This document shows positions 1 to 9,428 of a DNA stretch of 64,000 nucleotides, piece after piece; position 1 is the first letter of the stretch; each line of letters opens with the position of its first letter. The stretch lies in IMG/VR virus record IMGVR_UViG_3300031344_000002, positions 62,001-126,000 of that record; one strand, written 5' to 3'. Under the pieces are notes generated by a model. It saw only the letters and a list, made by a program, of their open reading frames with translations, did no database searches and was not told where the DNA came from. A program made the position numbers and the translations under genes.

Positions 1-2
1 GT

Positions 3-830
3 GTTGGTGGATTGAATTCAAGTACAGCAATTGCTGGTTGTCAATTATCTTGTATTATTCAAATGATAGTTGCACCAGTAATTAGTCCTTCTTTAATACC
101 ACCAAGTAGTTCACTATCTCTATCACCAGCAACAACAACTTTTGAAATAGGTTGTAATATTGCATTTATTGGTATAATAAATTTTAATAGTGGTGTTGTA
201 TCTCCAGTATATTGTGGAGGTCCTTCAGTAAGAACTGGTGCAGCAACTGGTTATACTTTTACGAATATTGGTGGTAACCAATATTCTGGTATAAATAATA
301 CATGTATAATGCCAAGTATATCAATAACATCGGGTAATAATACTGCATCTGGTGTTGCTACATATGCTTCAGGTCAAACTCCTATAAATAGTGATGGTAG
401 TTTATTAATAGGTTGTACATGTCCTGCTGGAAGTATATCATCTAGTGTGGTGGTTTGTGGTATTTATCCATATTTTTATGGAAATAGTGTAAGTGCTCCT
501 ACTGCTGGTTCGGCATTACTTACAACAGGAAATAAATGTGTAACTGATAGTAGTAATAACGTTATTGTAAATTATAATGTTACAAGTAAATATATTTGGC
601 TTGCAGTTCCTACAATATCAACAATAAAGACCAAATGGGAAGGTTCAAATGCTCCAACAACAAATACAGAATCAATACCCGGTGGATTATTTAATGTACC
701 AACATCAGTATTAGTAAATTCTCCAAGTTCTTGTTGGACAGGAGTAAATTATAATTTTTACATTAGTAATTATCCTACAAGTACAATAGCTGGTATTACT
801 CCTTATAATATAACATTTAAAAATAGTTAA
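3..830 (+). CDS. Tail fibre/virion structural protein, 5'-truncated; paralog of the C-terminal module of 834..3674
   Basis: The frame is open to the window edge (gtt ggt gga ttg...). It shares TFE(I/V)GCNI and GIYPYFYG...Y(I/L)W(L/F)A(V/Y)P with the next ORF and is S/T/G/N-rich. Confidence 0.6.
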   Translation, partial: VGGLNSSTAIAGCQLSCIIQMIVAPVISPSLIPPSSSLSLSPATTTFEIGCNIAFIGIINFNSGVVSPVYCGGPSVRTGAATGYTFTNIGGNQYSGINNTCIMPSISITSGNNTASGVATYASGQTPINSDGSLLIGCTCPAGSISSSVVVCGIYPYFYGNSVSAPTAGSALLTTGNKCVTDSSNNVIVNYNVTSKYIWLAVPTISTIKTKWEGSNAPTTNTESIPGGLFNVPTSVLVNSPSSCWTGVNYNFYISNYPTSTIAGITPYNITFKNS

Positions 831-833
831 AAA

Positions 834-3674
834 ATGGCAACACAATTAAATACAAATATAAAAGTTTCTGCACCATTACCAATTGATAAACGATATTTAA
901 GCGAAAGAACTATTGGTGGTAGTCCATTACCATATTCAGCAACAACTGAAGTATTTTCAATAATTCCTTCAAGTGAAAGATATATTGGGTTAACTGTTAA
1001 TATTAATAATGTTGATTATTGGTTTAAAAATAATACAACGAATTTAATATTAAAAACGATTACTGGTTCAACATCAAATATTAATAATGTTACTGGCGGA
1101 ACAAATATTGGATATTTTAGTGGAAAAACTGGTATACAAATGCTTAATTTAAGTGGTGCTGGTTTTGGTATATATGAGGGTGATTATTATTCAGAATATA
1201 ATAATTATTATCGAGATAGTTCAGGATTTGTAAGACTTGGTACACCAACATATCATGGAGCACTTAGACGTGCATATATAAATTCTACAAGAACAGTTTC
1301 TTGGTTATTTGACCAAGGTTTAAATGCATGGCAATTAAGTAATTTTGATATTACTTTATATATTGGAAGTTATGTTCCCATTATTGGATATACAGGTAGT
1401 GGATATACAAATACTACATGGAATGGAAGTAATTATAATGGTTCTGTTTTAGTTACTGCGTATGGTAGTTTAAATACTGGTAATACAATTACAATAGGAA
1501 GTCCAGTTTTTTCAGATAAACAATTTAGTGAACTTAGATTTAAAACATTAAAATCGAAGACACCGAATTTCGTTAATATAAGTAATGATGATAGTTTTAT
1601 ATATTTTTCTGGTTCATCATCATTAATAAAAGGTAAAAATGTTGGTACTGGTATTGGTGTTTATTCTGGTGTAACTGGAAATACTTTACAATTTAAAAGT
1701 ATTCTTGGAACAGGTAGTACTACAGTAATAAATAATGGTGGTACTATTCTCATATCTTCAAGTAATGCAATAACTGGTGCAACCAATGGTTTAACAAAAG
1801 ATAATCTAAATATTAAATTAGGTGGAACATTAACTGGTAATACAGTAATAACTGATAATCGTGTAACGCCTGTTGGTATTCAATATGGCGGAAATTATGC
1901 GCCATATTTTACTTCTCGTTCACTTGTTGATAGGGGTTATGTTGAATCGGTTGCAACTGGACTTATTCCTAAATTAGCAGTAAAAGTTGCAACAATTTCG
2001 GCAATAACATTAAATGGATTAACATTAATTGATGGAATTCCTGTTACTGATGGTGATAGAGTTCTAGTAAAGAATCAATATGATGAAACTAAAAATGGAA
2101 TATATAGTGCAAGTACAAGTACTTGGATTCGTGCAACTGATTTTAATTTTGTACCTACTGGAGAAGTAGCACAAGGTGCAATAATTCCAGTTGTTACTGG
2201 TAATACACAAAAAAATACTCTATGGGTATTGGTCACACCAAATCCAATTATTAGTGGTGTTACATCCTTAACATTTGGATTATTTAATAATCCAATATTA
2301 AATCAAGGTACTGGTATTTTAATTATAGGTAATACTATTTCTGTTGATGGTTCAAGTCTTGCTGGAAATTCAATTAATTGGACTGGTAATACATTTAATG
2401 TTAATATTAATAGTGGAACATTACAAACAGCTTTAAATTCTAAATTAAACACAACAACATTTAATAATTATTCAGGAATTACCGTTCCAACAAATTATTA
2501 TAATAAAACACAAATTAATAATTATACTGGTAAAACCAACACTGTTATAATTAATGCAATTACTGGTGCAACTAATGGTTTGACAAAGCAAGGTAATCAT
2601 GATGTGGTATTGGGTGGTACAATAACGGGCGCAACGACAATTGCTATTAATAGTGGTGGTACTTTAACAATTGTTGATAATCGTACATCAAAAATTGGTA
2701 TACAATATGCTGCAAATTATAATTCTGGATTTACTGATAATTCTCTTATAACTAAAAAATATGTTGATGATAATATAATTAATACAACTGGTGCTACTAT
2801 ATATAATTTAGGTTCACCTGCTGCAATAACTTTAGGTGGAATTGTTTCAGGAACAACATTAACTGGAAAAACTACTAATCAAATACTTGAAGAATTATTA
2901 GTTCCAACATTAAATCCAACATTAATAGCACCTTCAAGTACAATTGCTTTAAATCCATCTGGAACATTTGAGGTTGGTTGTAATATATCAACATTATGTG
3001 TCACAACCGCATTTAATCAAGGTTGTATTTGTCCACAATATTCTGCTATTTGTGATAAAAGAAGTGGTGATGCTAATCATTATTGCTTTACTGGCGCACA
3101 AGTTGCAAATGATTATGCATGTACTTCAACAAGTTTAATAGAATATGCAACAAATTATATTATTTCTGCTGGTACTGCAACTTGGGGTTCATGTGTATTT
3201 TATGATGCAGGTGTTCAACCAAAAAATAGTAAAGGCGGTAATTATTCAACACCACTTTCTTCAAATAATACTGGTGCACAAACAGCTACTTTAACTGGTA
3301 TATATCCATATTTTTATGGCAAATGTACTTGTCCGGGTTCTGCTGGAGCAAATCGTCCCACAGCAACAAGTTCAATGGTTTCTAGTGGTACAAAAATTGT
3401 TGCAAGTTCATCAAGTTCTATTAGTATCAATTTTAATAGTGGTAGTGATGATTATTTGTGGTTTGCATATCCAGCATCAAATACAGATAAAACATGTTGG
3501 TGTATAACTGCACTTAATAATGGTTCTATTGGTGGCGGTATTAGTCCTGCATGTAATTTATTTCCATCATCTAATATAATTAGTGTTACAACAACTTGTT
3601 GGTCAGGACAAAGTTATAAAGTTTATATTAGTAATAAACAAACATGTGTAACTTCATCAATGTTAATAAGTTAA
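834..3674 (+). CDS. Tail fibre-like structural protein (946 aa)
   Basis: T/G/N-rich, with repeated NGLTK.G...LGGT(L/I)TG and SL(V/I)(D/T)K.YV stalk motifs and a VLVKNQ...KNGIY...W.RATD module typical of phage fibres. Confidence 0.7.
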   Translation: MATQLNTNIKVSAPLPIDKRYLSERTIGGSPLPYSATTEVFSIIPSSERYIGLTVNINNVDYWFKNNTTNLILKTITGSTSNINNVTGGTNIGYFSGKTGIQMLNLSGAGFGIYEGDYYSEYNNYYRDSSGFVRLGTPTYHGALRRAYINSTRTVSWLFDQGLNAWQLSNFDITLYIGSYVPIIGYTGSGYTNTTWNGSNYNGSVLVTAYGSLNTGNTITIGSPVFSDKQFSELRFKTLKSKTPNFVNISNDDSFIYFSGSSSLIKGKNVGTGIGVYSGVTGNTLQFKSILGTGSTTVINNGGTILISSSNAITGATNGLTKDNLNIKLGGTLTGNTVITDNRVTPVGIQYGGNYAPYFTSRSLVDRGYVESVATGLIPKLAVKVATISAITLNGLTLIDGIPVTDGDRVLVKNQYDETKNGIYSASTSTWIRATDFNFVPTGEVAQGAIIPVVTGNTQKNTLWVLVTPNPIISGVTSLTFGLFNNPILNQGTGILIIGNTISVDGSSLAGNSINWTGNTFNVNINSGTLQTALNSKLNTTTFNNYSGITVPTNYYNKTQINNYTGKTNTVIINAITGATNGLTKQGNHDVVLGGTITGATTIAINSGGTLTIVDNRTSKIGIQYAANYNSGFTDNSLITKKYVDDNIINTTGATIYNLGSPAAITLGGIVSGTTLTGKTTNQILEELLVPTLNPTLIAPSSTIALNPSGTFEVGCNISTLCVTTAFNQGCICPQYSAICDKRSGDANHYCFTGAQVANDYACTSTSLIEYATNYIISAGTATWGSCVFYDAGVQPKNSKGGNYSTPLSSNNTGAQTATLTGIYPYFYGKCTCPGSAGANRPTATSSMVSSGTKIVASSSSSISINFNSGSDDYLWFAYPASNTDKTCWCITALNNGSIGGGISPACNLFPSSNIISVTTTCWSGQSYKVYISNKQTCVTSSMLIS

Positions 3675-3694
3675 TAAATAAAAAATATAAAAAA

Positions 3695-6091
3695 ATGGCA
3701 ATACAATTAAATGATAATTTAAAGATTAATGTTGGAAATCCAATTGATTCAAGATATTTAAATTCTTGTAATTATCCATATGTGAGTGTTGCAGCAGTTA
3801 ATGCTGGCATTCCTCAATCACAAAGATATAGTGGTTTAACAGTAAATATACTTAATACTGAATATTGGTATCAAACAGGTACTAATGATGGTAATTTGGT
3901 AATTAAAAATGTTGGTAGTACTGGTGGTACAACTGTATGCGCAAATAATGGTTTAACAAAAAATGGTAATATAGTATCGCTAGGTGGAACATTAACAGGT
4001 AATACAACAATATCATTACCCCTCAATTCTCAAAGAAGTTTTACTGTTGGTAATGGCAATACTGCTCATTTTTATGGCGGTTATTTTTCTGTAAAAATAG
4101 ATTGTGTTTTTGCATGTAATAATGGAATATTTTTGGGTGCAAGAAATAGTTCTGGAAGTGGTACTGAAAGTGTAATACAATTAATTCCTTCTGGAATTAC
4201 AATTTGTGGTGTAAATAATAACAATTTTAGCGGTATTAATTATTATTGTGATTATAGCGTAAATTATACTAATCGTTCATTAGTTGACAAAGGTTATGTT
4301 CTTAGTGTAATTTCTGGTAGTACTGGTGGAACCAATATATGTAGTACAGATAAACAAATAATATTTAATAGTTCTAATATTCTTTGCGGTAGTAATAATT
4401 TTACATATAATTGCACAGGTGATTCATTAGCAGTAAATCAATACAGTGGTGCATTAGGCTGTAATTCAGTAGCAATGGCTGGTGGTTATACATATAGTGG
4501 TTATTCAGTAGCAATGGCTGGTAGTCAAACATTTGGTTTTTATTCAGTAGCAATGGCTAGTGGTGCAGCATGTGGTTATAATTCAGTAGCAATGGCACAA
4601 GGTACTGCTTGTGGTGGTGGTTCAGTAGCAATGGCTGGTGGTACTGCATATGCTGATTGTTCAGTAGCAATGGCTTTTGCTGCAGCATGTGGTTATAATT
4701 CAGTAGCAATGGCTGGTGGTACTACATGTGGTTGTATGTCAGTAGCAATGGCTAATGGCAATACAACTACTGGTGGAACAAATTCTGTAGCAATGGCTGG
4801 TGGTTATACTTGTGCTGATTATTCAATAGCAATGGCTAATGGTACTGCTTGTGGTATTAATTCAATAGCAATGGCTAATGGAATTGCATTTAATTGTTAT
4901 TCGGTAGCAATGACTGGTGGTCATACATGTGGTGATAATTCAGTAGCAATTGGTAATGGAAGTATTACATGTGGTTATAATTCAGTAGCAATAATTGGTG
5001 GTATTGCATGTGGCGATAGTTCAGTAGCAATGAATGGTGGTATTACAAATACTGGTGCAACATGTTCAATAGCAATGATTGGTGGCGATACATTTGGTTA
5101 TAATTCAGTAGCAATAATTGGTGGTATTACAAATACTGGTGCAACATGTTCAATAGCAATGATTGGTGGTAATACTTATAGTTGTGGTTCAATAGCAATG
5201 GTTAATGGTTCTACATTTGGTAATAATTCAGTAGCAATGGCTGGCGGTTATACTTGTGGTTGTTATTCAGTAGCAATGGCAGGTAGCTGTGCATATGCTG
5301 ATTTTTCAGTAACAATGGCTGGTGGTGCTGCAAATGGTTGTTGTTCAGTAGCAATGGCAAATGGCACTGCATGGGGATATCTGTCAGTAGCTATAAGTCC
5401 ATTTACATACGCTTATGGCTGTAATTCAGTAGCAATGGCTGGTGGTTATACATATAGTGGTGGAACAAATTCAGTAGCAATGGCTAGTGGTCAAGCATGT
5501 GGTTGTATGTCAGTGGCAATGGTTGGTGGTATTGCATGTGGTCAAAATTCAGTAGCAATGGCTGGTGGTACTACTTGTAGTGGTGGAACAAATTCAGTAG
5601 CGATTGCTGATGGTACTACTTGTGGTTGTAATTCAGTAGCAATGGCTAATGGTGTTACTTGTGGTGATTATTCGATAGCTATGGCACAAGGTACTACTTA
5701 TGGTTGTAATTCAGTAGCAATGGGTGGTGGTCAAGCAGGTGGTGATAATTCAGTAGCAATGGGCGGTTCTGTTGCTGGTGGTAATTATTCAGTAGCAATG
5801 GGTAATGGTGCTGCTAGTGGTATTGGTTCAGTAGGAATGGCTGGTGGTAATGCTTGTGGTTGTTATTCAGTGGCAATGGCTGGTGGTTGTGCAATTATTG
5901 ATTGTTCAATTTCTATGGGTAATTTATTTTGTGGTAATACTACTGGCAATACCGTTACAATAAATAATATATTAAAATTAGCACCAACAACAACACCAGC
6001 AAATCCAACTTTAGGTACAATATTTACTTGTACTGACAATCATTTATATTTTTATAATGGAAGTGCTTGGAAACAATTAGATAATCTATAA
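3695..6091 (+). CDS. Tail fibre/adhesin with about 37 SVAM-type beta-roll repeats (YadA-head-like)
   Basis: Likely start is the ATG at 3695 (MAIQLND, paralogous to MATQLNT at 834). Repeats of x-S-V-A-M-A-x-G occur mostly every 13 aa. Confidence 0.7.
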   Translation: MAIQLNDNLKINVGNPIDSRYLNSCNYPYVSVAAVNAGIPQSQRYSGLTVNILNTEYWYQTGTNDGNLVIKNVGSTGGTTVCANNGLTKNGNIVSLGGTLTGNTTISLPLNSQRSFTVGNGNTAHFYGGYFSVKIDCVFACNNGIFLGARNSSGSGTESVIQLIPSGITICGVNNNNFSGINYYCDYSVNYTNRSLVDKGYVLSVISGSTGGTNICSTDKQIIFNSSNILCGSNNFTYNCTGDSLAVNQYSGALGCNSVAMAGGYTYSGYSVAMAGSQTFGFYSVAMASGAACGYNSVAMAQGTACGGGSVAMAGGTAYADCSVAMAFAAACGYNSVAMAGGTTCGCMSVAMANGNTTTGGTNSVAMAGGYTCADYSIAMANGTACGINSIAMANGIAFNCYSVAMTGGHTCGDNSVAIGNGSITCGYNSVAIIGGIACGDSSVAMNGGITNTGATCSIAMIGGDTFGYNSVAIIGGITNTGATCSIAMIGGNTYSCGSIAMVNGSTFGNNSVAMAGGYTCGCYSVAMAGSCAYADFSVTMAGGAANGCCSVAMANGTAWGYLSVAISPFTYAYGCNSVAMAGGYTYSGGTNSVAMASGQACGCMSVAMVGGIACGQNSVAMAGGTTCSGGTNSVAIADGTTCGCNSVAMANGVTCGDYSIAMAQGTTYGCNSVAMGGGQAGGDNSVAMGGSVAGGNYSVAMGNGAASGIGSVGMAGGNACGCYSVAMAGGCAIIDCSISMGNLFCGNTTGNTVTINNILKLAPTTTPANPTLGTIFTCTDNHLYFYNGSAWKQLDNL
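4457..5920 (+). repeat. Coding tandem repeat array (tcagtagcaatggct core, period 39-45 nt)
   Basis: About 37 in-frame units counted from the translation. An exact 45-nt copy sits at 4457-4501 and 5417-5461. Confidence 0.9.
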
Positions 6092-6102
6092 TAATTAAAT
6101 AA

Positions 6103-6144
6103 TAACAAAAAATAGTGAGAAGAAATTTTCATTATTTTTTGTTA
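6103..6144 (+). terminator. Intrinsic terminator-like hairpin after the fibre operon
   Basis: taacaaaaaatagtgaga / tttcattattttttgtta form an 18-bp stem with G-U pairs. Confidence 0.6.
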
Positions 6145-6195
6145 TATAAATATTTAAAATATTTTCTTAAAATTAATAACTTTTACATTTGTTTT

Positions 6196-6205
6196 AGTAT
6201 TTATA
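6196..6205 (+). promoter_or_regulatory. Putative phage late promoter motif AGTATTTATA
   Basis: 23 nt upstream of ATG 6229; one of about 22 oriented copies. Confidence 0.65.
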
Positions 6206-6228
6206 AAATATTATAAAAAATTATAAAT

Positions 6229-7134
6229 ATGATAATAGATAATAAAATAAAAGAAAATGATAGTTACGTTGTGCTTGAAATTTCTGGGGGGCATGGTAAG
6301 AATATTCAAGCAACAGCAGTAATTAGAGCAATAAAAAAACAATATCCTACTAGGAAAATTATTGTGGTGGGAAGCTGGGATGCCCCGTTTTTTAATAATC
6401 CCAATATATTTAGATTTTATTTACAGGGTCAAATGCAATATTTCAAGGATGACTATCTTAAAGATGATACGATTATAATGAAACATGACCCCTATAATGA
6501 AACTAATCATATTTTAAGAAAAGAACATTTAACTGAAACTTGGTGCAAAATGTTTGGTATTCCTTATGATGGTTATAAACCAGAACTTTATATAAATCCA
6601 AGAGAACTTGAAATAGCAAAAGATAAAATAAAACCAGATTCTCGTCCCATAATGCTTCTTCAAACGCATGGTGGCGGGGGTCAGACGTATTCAAAAAAGT
6701 CTTGGTATAGAGATATGCCAGTGGAGATAGCTCAAAAATTGGTAAATTATTTCAATAAATCATATAGAATTCTTCACATAAAAAATCCTGACCAACCAAA
6801 TTTACAAGGAGTAGAACCTCTTAATTTACCTTTAAGAGAATTATATGCTGTGTTTCCCTTAAGTACAAAAAGATTATTTATTGATAGTTTTGCAGCACAT
6901 GCTGCAGCAGCATTAGGTTTACAAAGTACTGTTTGTTGGATTGGTAACAGTCCTACTGTTTTCGGATATCCTGAAAATATTAATATATTACCAAATGCTA
7001 ATATTGTTAATCAATTTAATAAATATACGTACTTAATTGATGATATTAGTGGGTTTGTACAATCTTTTCCTTATGATACAGTTAATGTTTTTGATATAAA
7101 TCAAATAATTGAAGCAGTAAATAAACAAAAGTAA
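6229..7134 (+). CDS. Glycosyltransferase, GT9/heptosyltransferase-like
   Basis: GGHGKNIQATAVIRAIKKQYP N-terminus and FIDSFAAHAAAALG...VCW C-terminal motif. Confidence 0.65.
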   Translation: MIIDNKIKENDSYVVLEISGGHGKNIQATAVIRAIKKQYPTRKIIVVGSWDAPFFNNPNIFRFYLQGQMQYFKDDYLKDDTIIMKHDPYNETNHILRKEHLTETWCKMFGIPYDGYKPELYINPRELEIAKDKIKPDSRPIMLLQTHGGGGQTYSKKSWYRDMPVEIAQKLVNYFNKSYRILHIKNPDQPNLQGVEPLNLPLRELYAVFPLSTKRLFIDSFAAHAAAALGLQSTVCWIGNSPTVFGYPENINILPNANIVNQFNKYTYLIDDISGFVQSFPYDTVNVFDINQIIEAVNKQK

Positions 7135-7163
7135 AATATTATAATCTTTATTGTAACAATACA

Positions 7164-7172
7164 AGTATTTAT
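7164..7172 (+). promoter_or_regulatory. Putative late promoter motif AGTATTTAT
   Basis: 17 nt upstream of ATG 7190. Confidence 0.6.
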
Positions 7173-7189
7173 TATAAAAATAAAACATT

Positions 7190-7432
7190 ATGTTATCAGA
7201 AGATGTATATAATTTACTACAAATCAATCAATCAAAATTTATTGATGTAGTATCTCCAACAATGATTTTTATAGGTATTACAAATAATTTAAAAGATACT
7301 GCTGCTAAGAATTGGAGTATTCAAAAAATTTCACAAGTTGGTACAGTTTGGCGTTTTGAATATCCTTATGGTGACCAAAATTTTGCATATGTTTGGGATA
7401 ATAGAAACAATGGTACATATACTTATCAATAA
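7190..7432 (+). CDS. Small virion-associated hypothetical protein
   Basis: 80 aa with W.IQKI...YP.G...F...WDNR, a pattern seen in small phage structural proteins; follows a late motif. Confidence 0.5.
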   Translation: MLSEDVYNLLQINQSKFIDVVSPTMIFIGITNNLKDTAAKNWSIQKISQVGTVWRFEYPYGDQNFAYVWDNRNNGTYTYQ

Positions 7433-7464
7433 TATGTTAAATAAATTATAAAAAAGATTAATTA

Positions 7465-7827
7465 ATGGCAACATTTGCAATAGATTTATTATCAGGAACG
7501 GCATTATTACTTACAGGTAATTTTGGCAGTAGTGGAAGTACTTCTTCATCATGGGGTTCAATAATTGGTGTATTAAGTGGTCAAACTGATTTACAAAACA
7601 CATTAAATACTAAATTAAATATTTCTGCATTTAATAATTATACTGGTACTACAATTCCTAACACATTAAATACTAAATTAAATATTTCTGCATTTAATAA
7701 TTATACTGGTACTACAATTCCTAATACTTATCATAATAAAACAGAAATTGATAATTATACAGGTAGTTCGGTTGTTCTTTTAACACAAAGAATGGCAAAA
7801 TTATTTGCATATAATAATTTCGATTAA
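7465..7827 (+). CDS. Small fibre-related structural protein with an internal 21-aa duplication
   Basis: WGSIIGVLSGQTDLQ and two copies of NTLNTKLNISAFNNYTGTTIP. Confidence 0.55.
   Translation: MATFAIDLLSGTALLLTGNFGSSGSTSSSWGSIIGVLSGQTDLQNTLNTKLNISAFNNYTGTTIPNTLNTKLNISAFNNYTGTTIPNTYHNKTEIDNYTGSSVVLLTQRMAKLFAYNNFD
7597..7722 (+). repeat. Perfect 63-nt tandem duplication
   Basis: Units 7597-7659 and 7660-7722 are identical. Confidence 0.9.
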
Positions 7828-7893
7828 ATTTCGACACCTAATTGCTGTTAACTAATTTATTATCTGTTGAACCAAATAAGGTTTTTATTATAC

Positions 7894-8868
7894 TTATATT
7901 TGTATATTTGTAAAATCGTAAATTTCATTTGAAATTTGACATGTTATATTATATGTATTAGCACCATTAATATTATTTCCTAAGCCAGTCCAGTTTTTAC
8001 CGTCATAAGAATAAGCCAAATTATTAGTTCCAGTACCAGCAGCAACGAACATCTTACCATTATAAATAACACTTTGTCCACGTGTTGAAAATATTGTATT
8101 TCCTAAACCATGCCAAATAATTCCGTCTGTCGACCAAGCTATATAATTAGTACCTATTCCTACTGCTACAGATATGCCATTACCTCTAACGCCTCCAAAT
8201 CCCCTTGTTGTAAAAATGGTGTTATTAATACCAGTCCAATTAATACCATCATAGGAATAAGCTATTGAATATGTGCCAGCATCCCCAAAAGCAATAAATT
8301 TAGAACCGTCCCAAAAACCTCCCCTAGCAATCGTAAATATCGAATTACCACAGCCATTCCAAACTATACCGTCATCACTCCATGCAATAGAGTTAGTACC
8401 GCCACCAAATGCAACGAATCTATTACCATTATTACAAATATTTATGCCATAACTTGAAAAAATATTTGTACCTAATTGATGCCAATTAATTCCATTTTTT
8501 GAATACGCTAAAGTAGATAAAAGTTGACCCGTTGTATAACCGACTGCAACATATATGTTTTTTTTATATGATATGGCATAAATAATATTGTTAATGCTAC
8601 CATTTTGACTACCAAAGTTTAAGTTTATTTTATGCCATTTTTTTAAATCATAACTATATGACAAACAGGAATTTTGTACAGTACTAATAGTAGTATTACG
8701 ACCAGTTTGAAAAGCAATTTTATCAAATATATAAAAACCTAGTGAAATTTGTTCATATTTTAAAGGGTATTGATTATAATTAATACCATCATAACTAATA
8801 CTTGGGGGAATATTAGCAACGCTATTAGGAACAATTACAATATTTTTATTAATTGTTTTCACTTTCAA
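7894..8868 (-). CDS. Beta-propeller-like protein with Asp-box (S-x-D-G-x-x-W) repeats; start uncertain
   Basis: Repeats YSYDLKKW, YSKNGINW, WSDDGIVW, YSYDGINW, WSTDGIIW, YSYDGKNW. The annotated start is TTG, preceded in frame by ATG-TAA. Confidence 0.6.
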   Translation of the reverse strand: MKVKTINKNIVIVPNSVANIPPSISYDGINYNQYPLKYEQISLGFYIFDKIAFQTGRNTTISTVQNSCLSYSYDLKKWHKINLNFGSQNGSINNIIYAISYKKNIYVAVGYTTGQLLSTLAYSKNGINWHQLGTNIFSSYGINICNNGNRFVAFGGGTNSIAWSDDGIVWNGCGNSIFTIARGGFWDGSKFIAFGDAGTYSIAYSYDGINWTGINNTIFTTRGFGGVRGNGISVAVGIGTNYIAWSTDGIIWHGLGNTIFSTRGQSVIYNGKMFVAAGTGTNNLAYSYDGKNWTGLGNNINGANTYNITCQISNEIYDFTNIQI

Positions 8869-8898
8869 TAGTTACATTTTGTTGGTTATGTTTATTAT

Positions 8899-9315
8899 TT
8901 AATAGTTTGCACCTTCTACAATAACATCTTGTTGGTCTTGAACTCCAGCATAAACACTTTGAGCAACGCCTAATATTACACCACTTGGAAGAAATAAACC
9001 ACCAGTTATAATAATATTTTTAGCACCAATTGCTGTGGTACTACGAGTTGCCGTAGCTATAGCTATTTCATTATCTAATTTCCAAGTACTACCACCATCA
9101 CTAGATAAAAATATTTTACCTGTCATTGCAGAACTAGCTCCTGCACTTAATTGTGAATTTATATAAGTAATTTTATCTACTCTTGTACCATTTGTAGCAC
9201 CCGTTACAACTTTTGTAATAGAACCACTACCATTAGATGCAGTATTACCAGTTACTAAACGAGTCATACCTAAAATAAATGTGTTGGAAAAGATTGGGTT
9301 TAAATTTGCACTCAT
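8899..9315 (-). CDS. Small beta-rich tail fibre-associated protein
   Basis: 138 aa, G/T/S/A-rich, with an Asp-box LSSDGGSTW; has its own late motif on the minus strand. Confidence 0.5.
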   Translation of the reverse strand: MSANLNPIFSNTFILGMTRLVTGNTASNGSGSITKVVTGATNGTRVDKITYINSQLSAGASSAMTGKIFLSSDGGSTWKLDNEIAIATATRSTTAIGAKNIIITGGLFLPSGVILGVAQSVYAGVQDQQDVIVEGANY

Positions 9316-9350
9316 TTTTATTTTAATTTATTAATTAATATTATTTTATA

Positions 9351-9359
9351 ATAAATACT
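9351..9359 (-). promoter_or_regulatory. Putative late promoter motif AGTATTTAT on the minus strand
   Basis: ataaatact on +; points toward the only minus-strand genes. Confidence 0.6.
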
Positions 9360-9401
9360 TATAGTTTATCAAATAAATGATTTATTATTTTGATTCTTTT
9401 T

Positions 9402-9411
9402 AGTATTTATA
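9402..9411 (+). promoter_or_regulatory. Putative late promoter motif AGTATTTATA
   Basis: 17 nt upstream of ATG 9429; divergent from the 9351 copy. Confidence 0.65.
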
Positions 9412-9428
9412 ATAAAAATAACAATAAA

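Noticed and set aside
4457-5920. CRISPR-like array (short repeat with variable spacers)
   Set aside because: The repeat is only about 15 nt, all periods are multiples of 3 inside an open frame, the spacers resemble each other, and there are no cas genes.
1-9315. Diversity-generating retroelement acting on fibres
   Set aside because: No reverse transcriptase is present and I saw no TR/VR pair differing only at adenines; a full self-alignment was not run.
7828-9411. Invertible (phase-variable) cassette
   Set aside because: No recombinase is in the window and no convincing inverted repeats flank both ends; the only inverted match is the pair of promoter motifs on one side.
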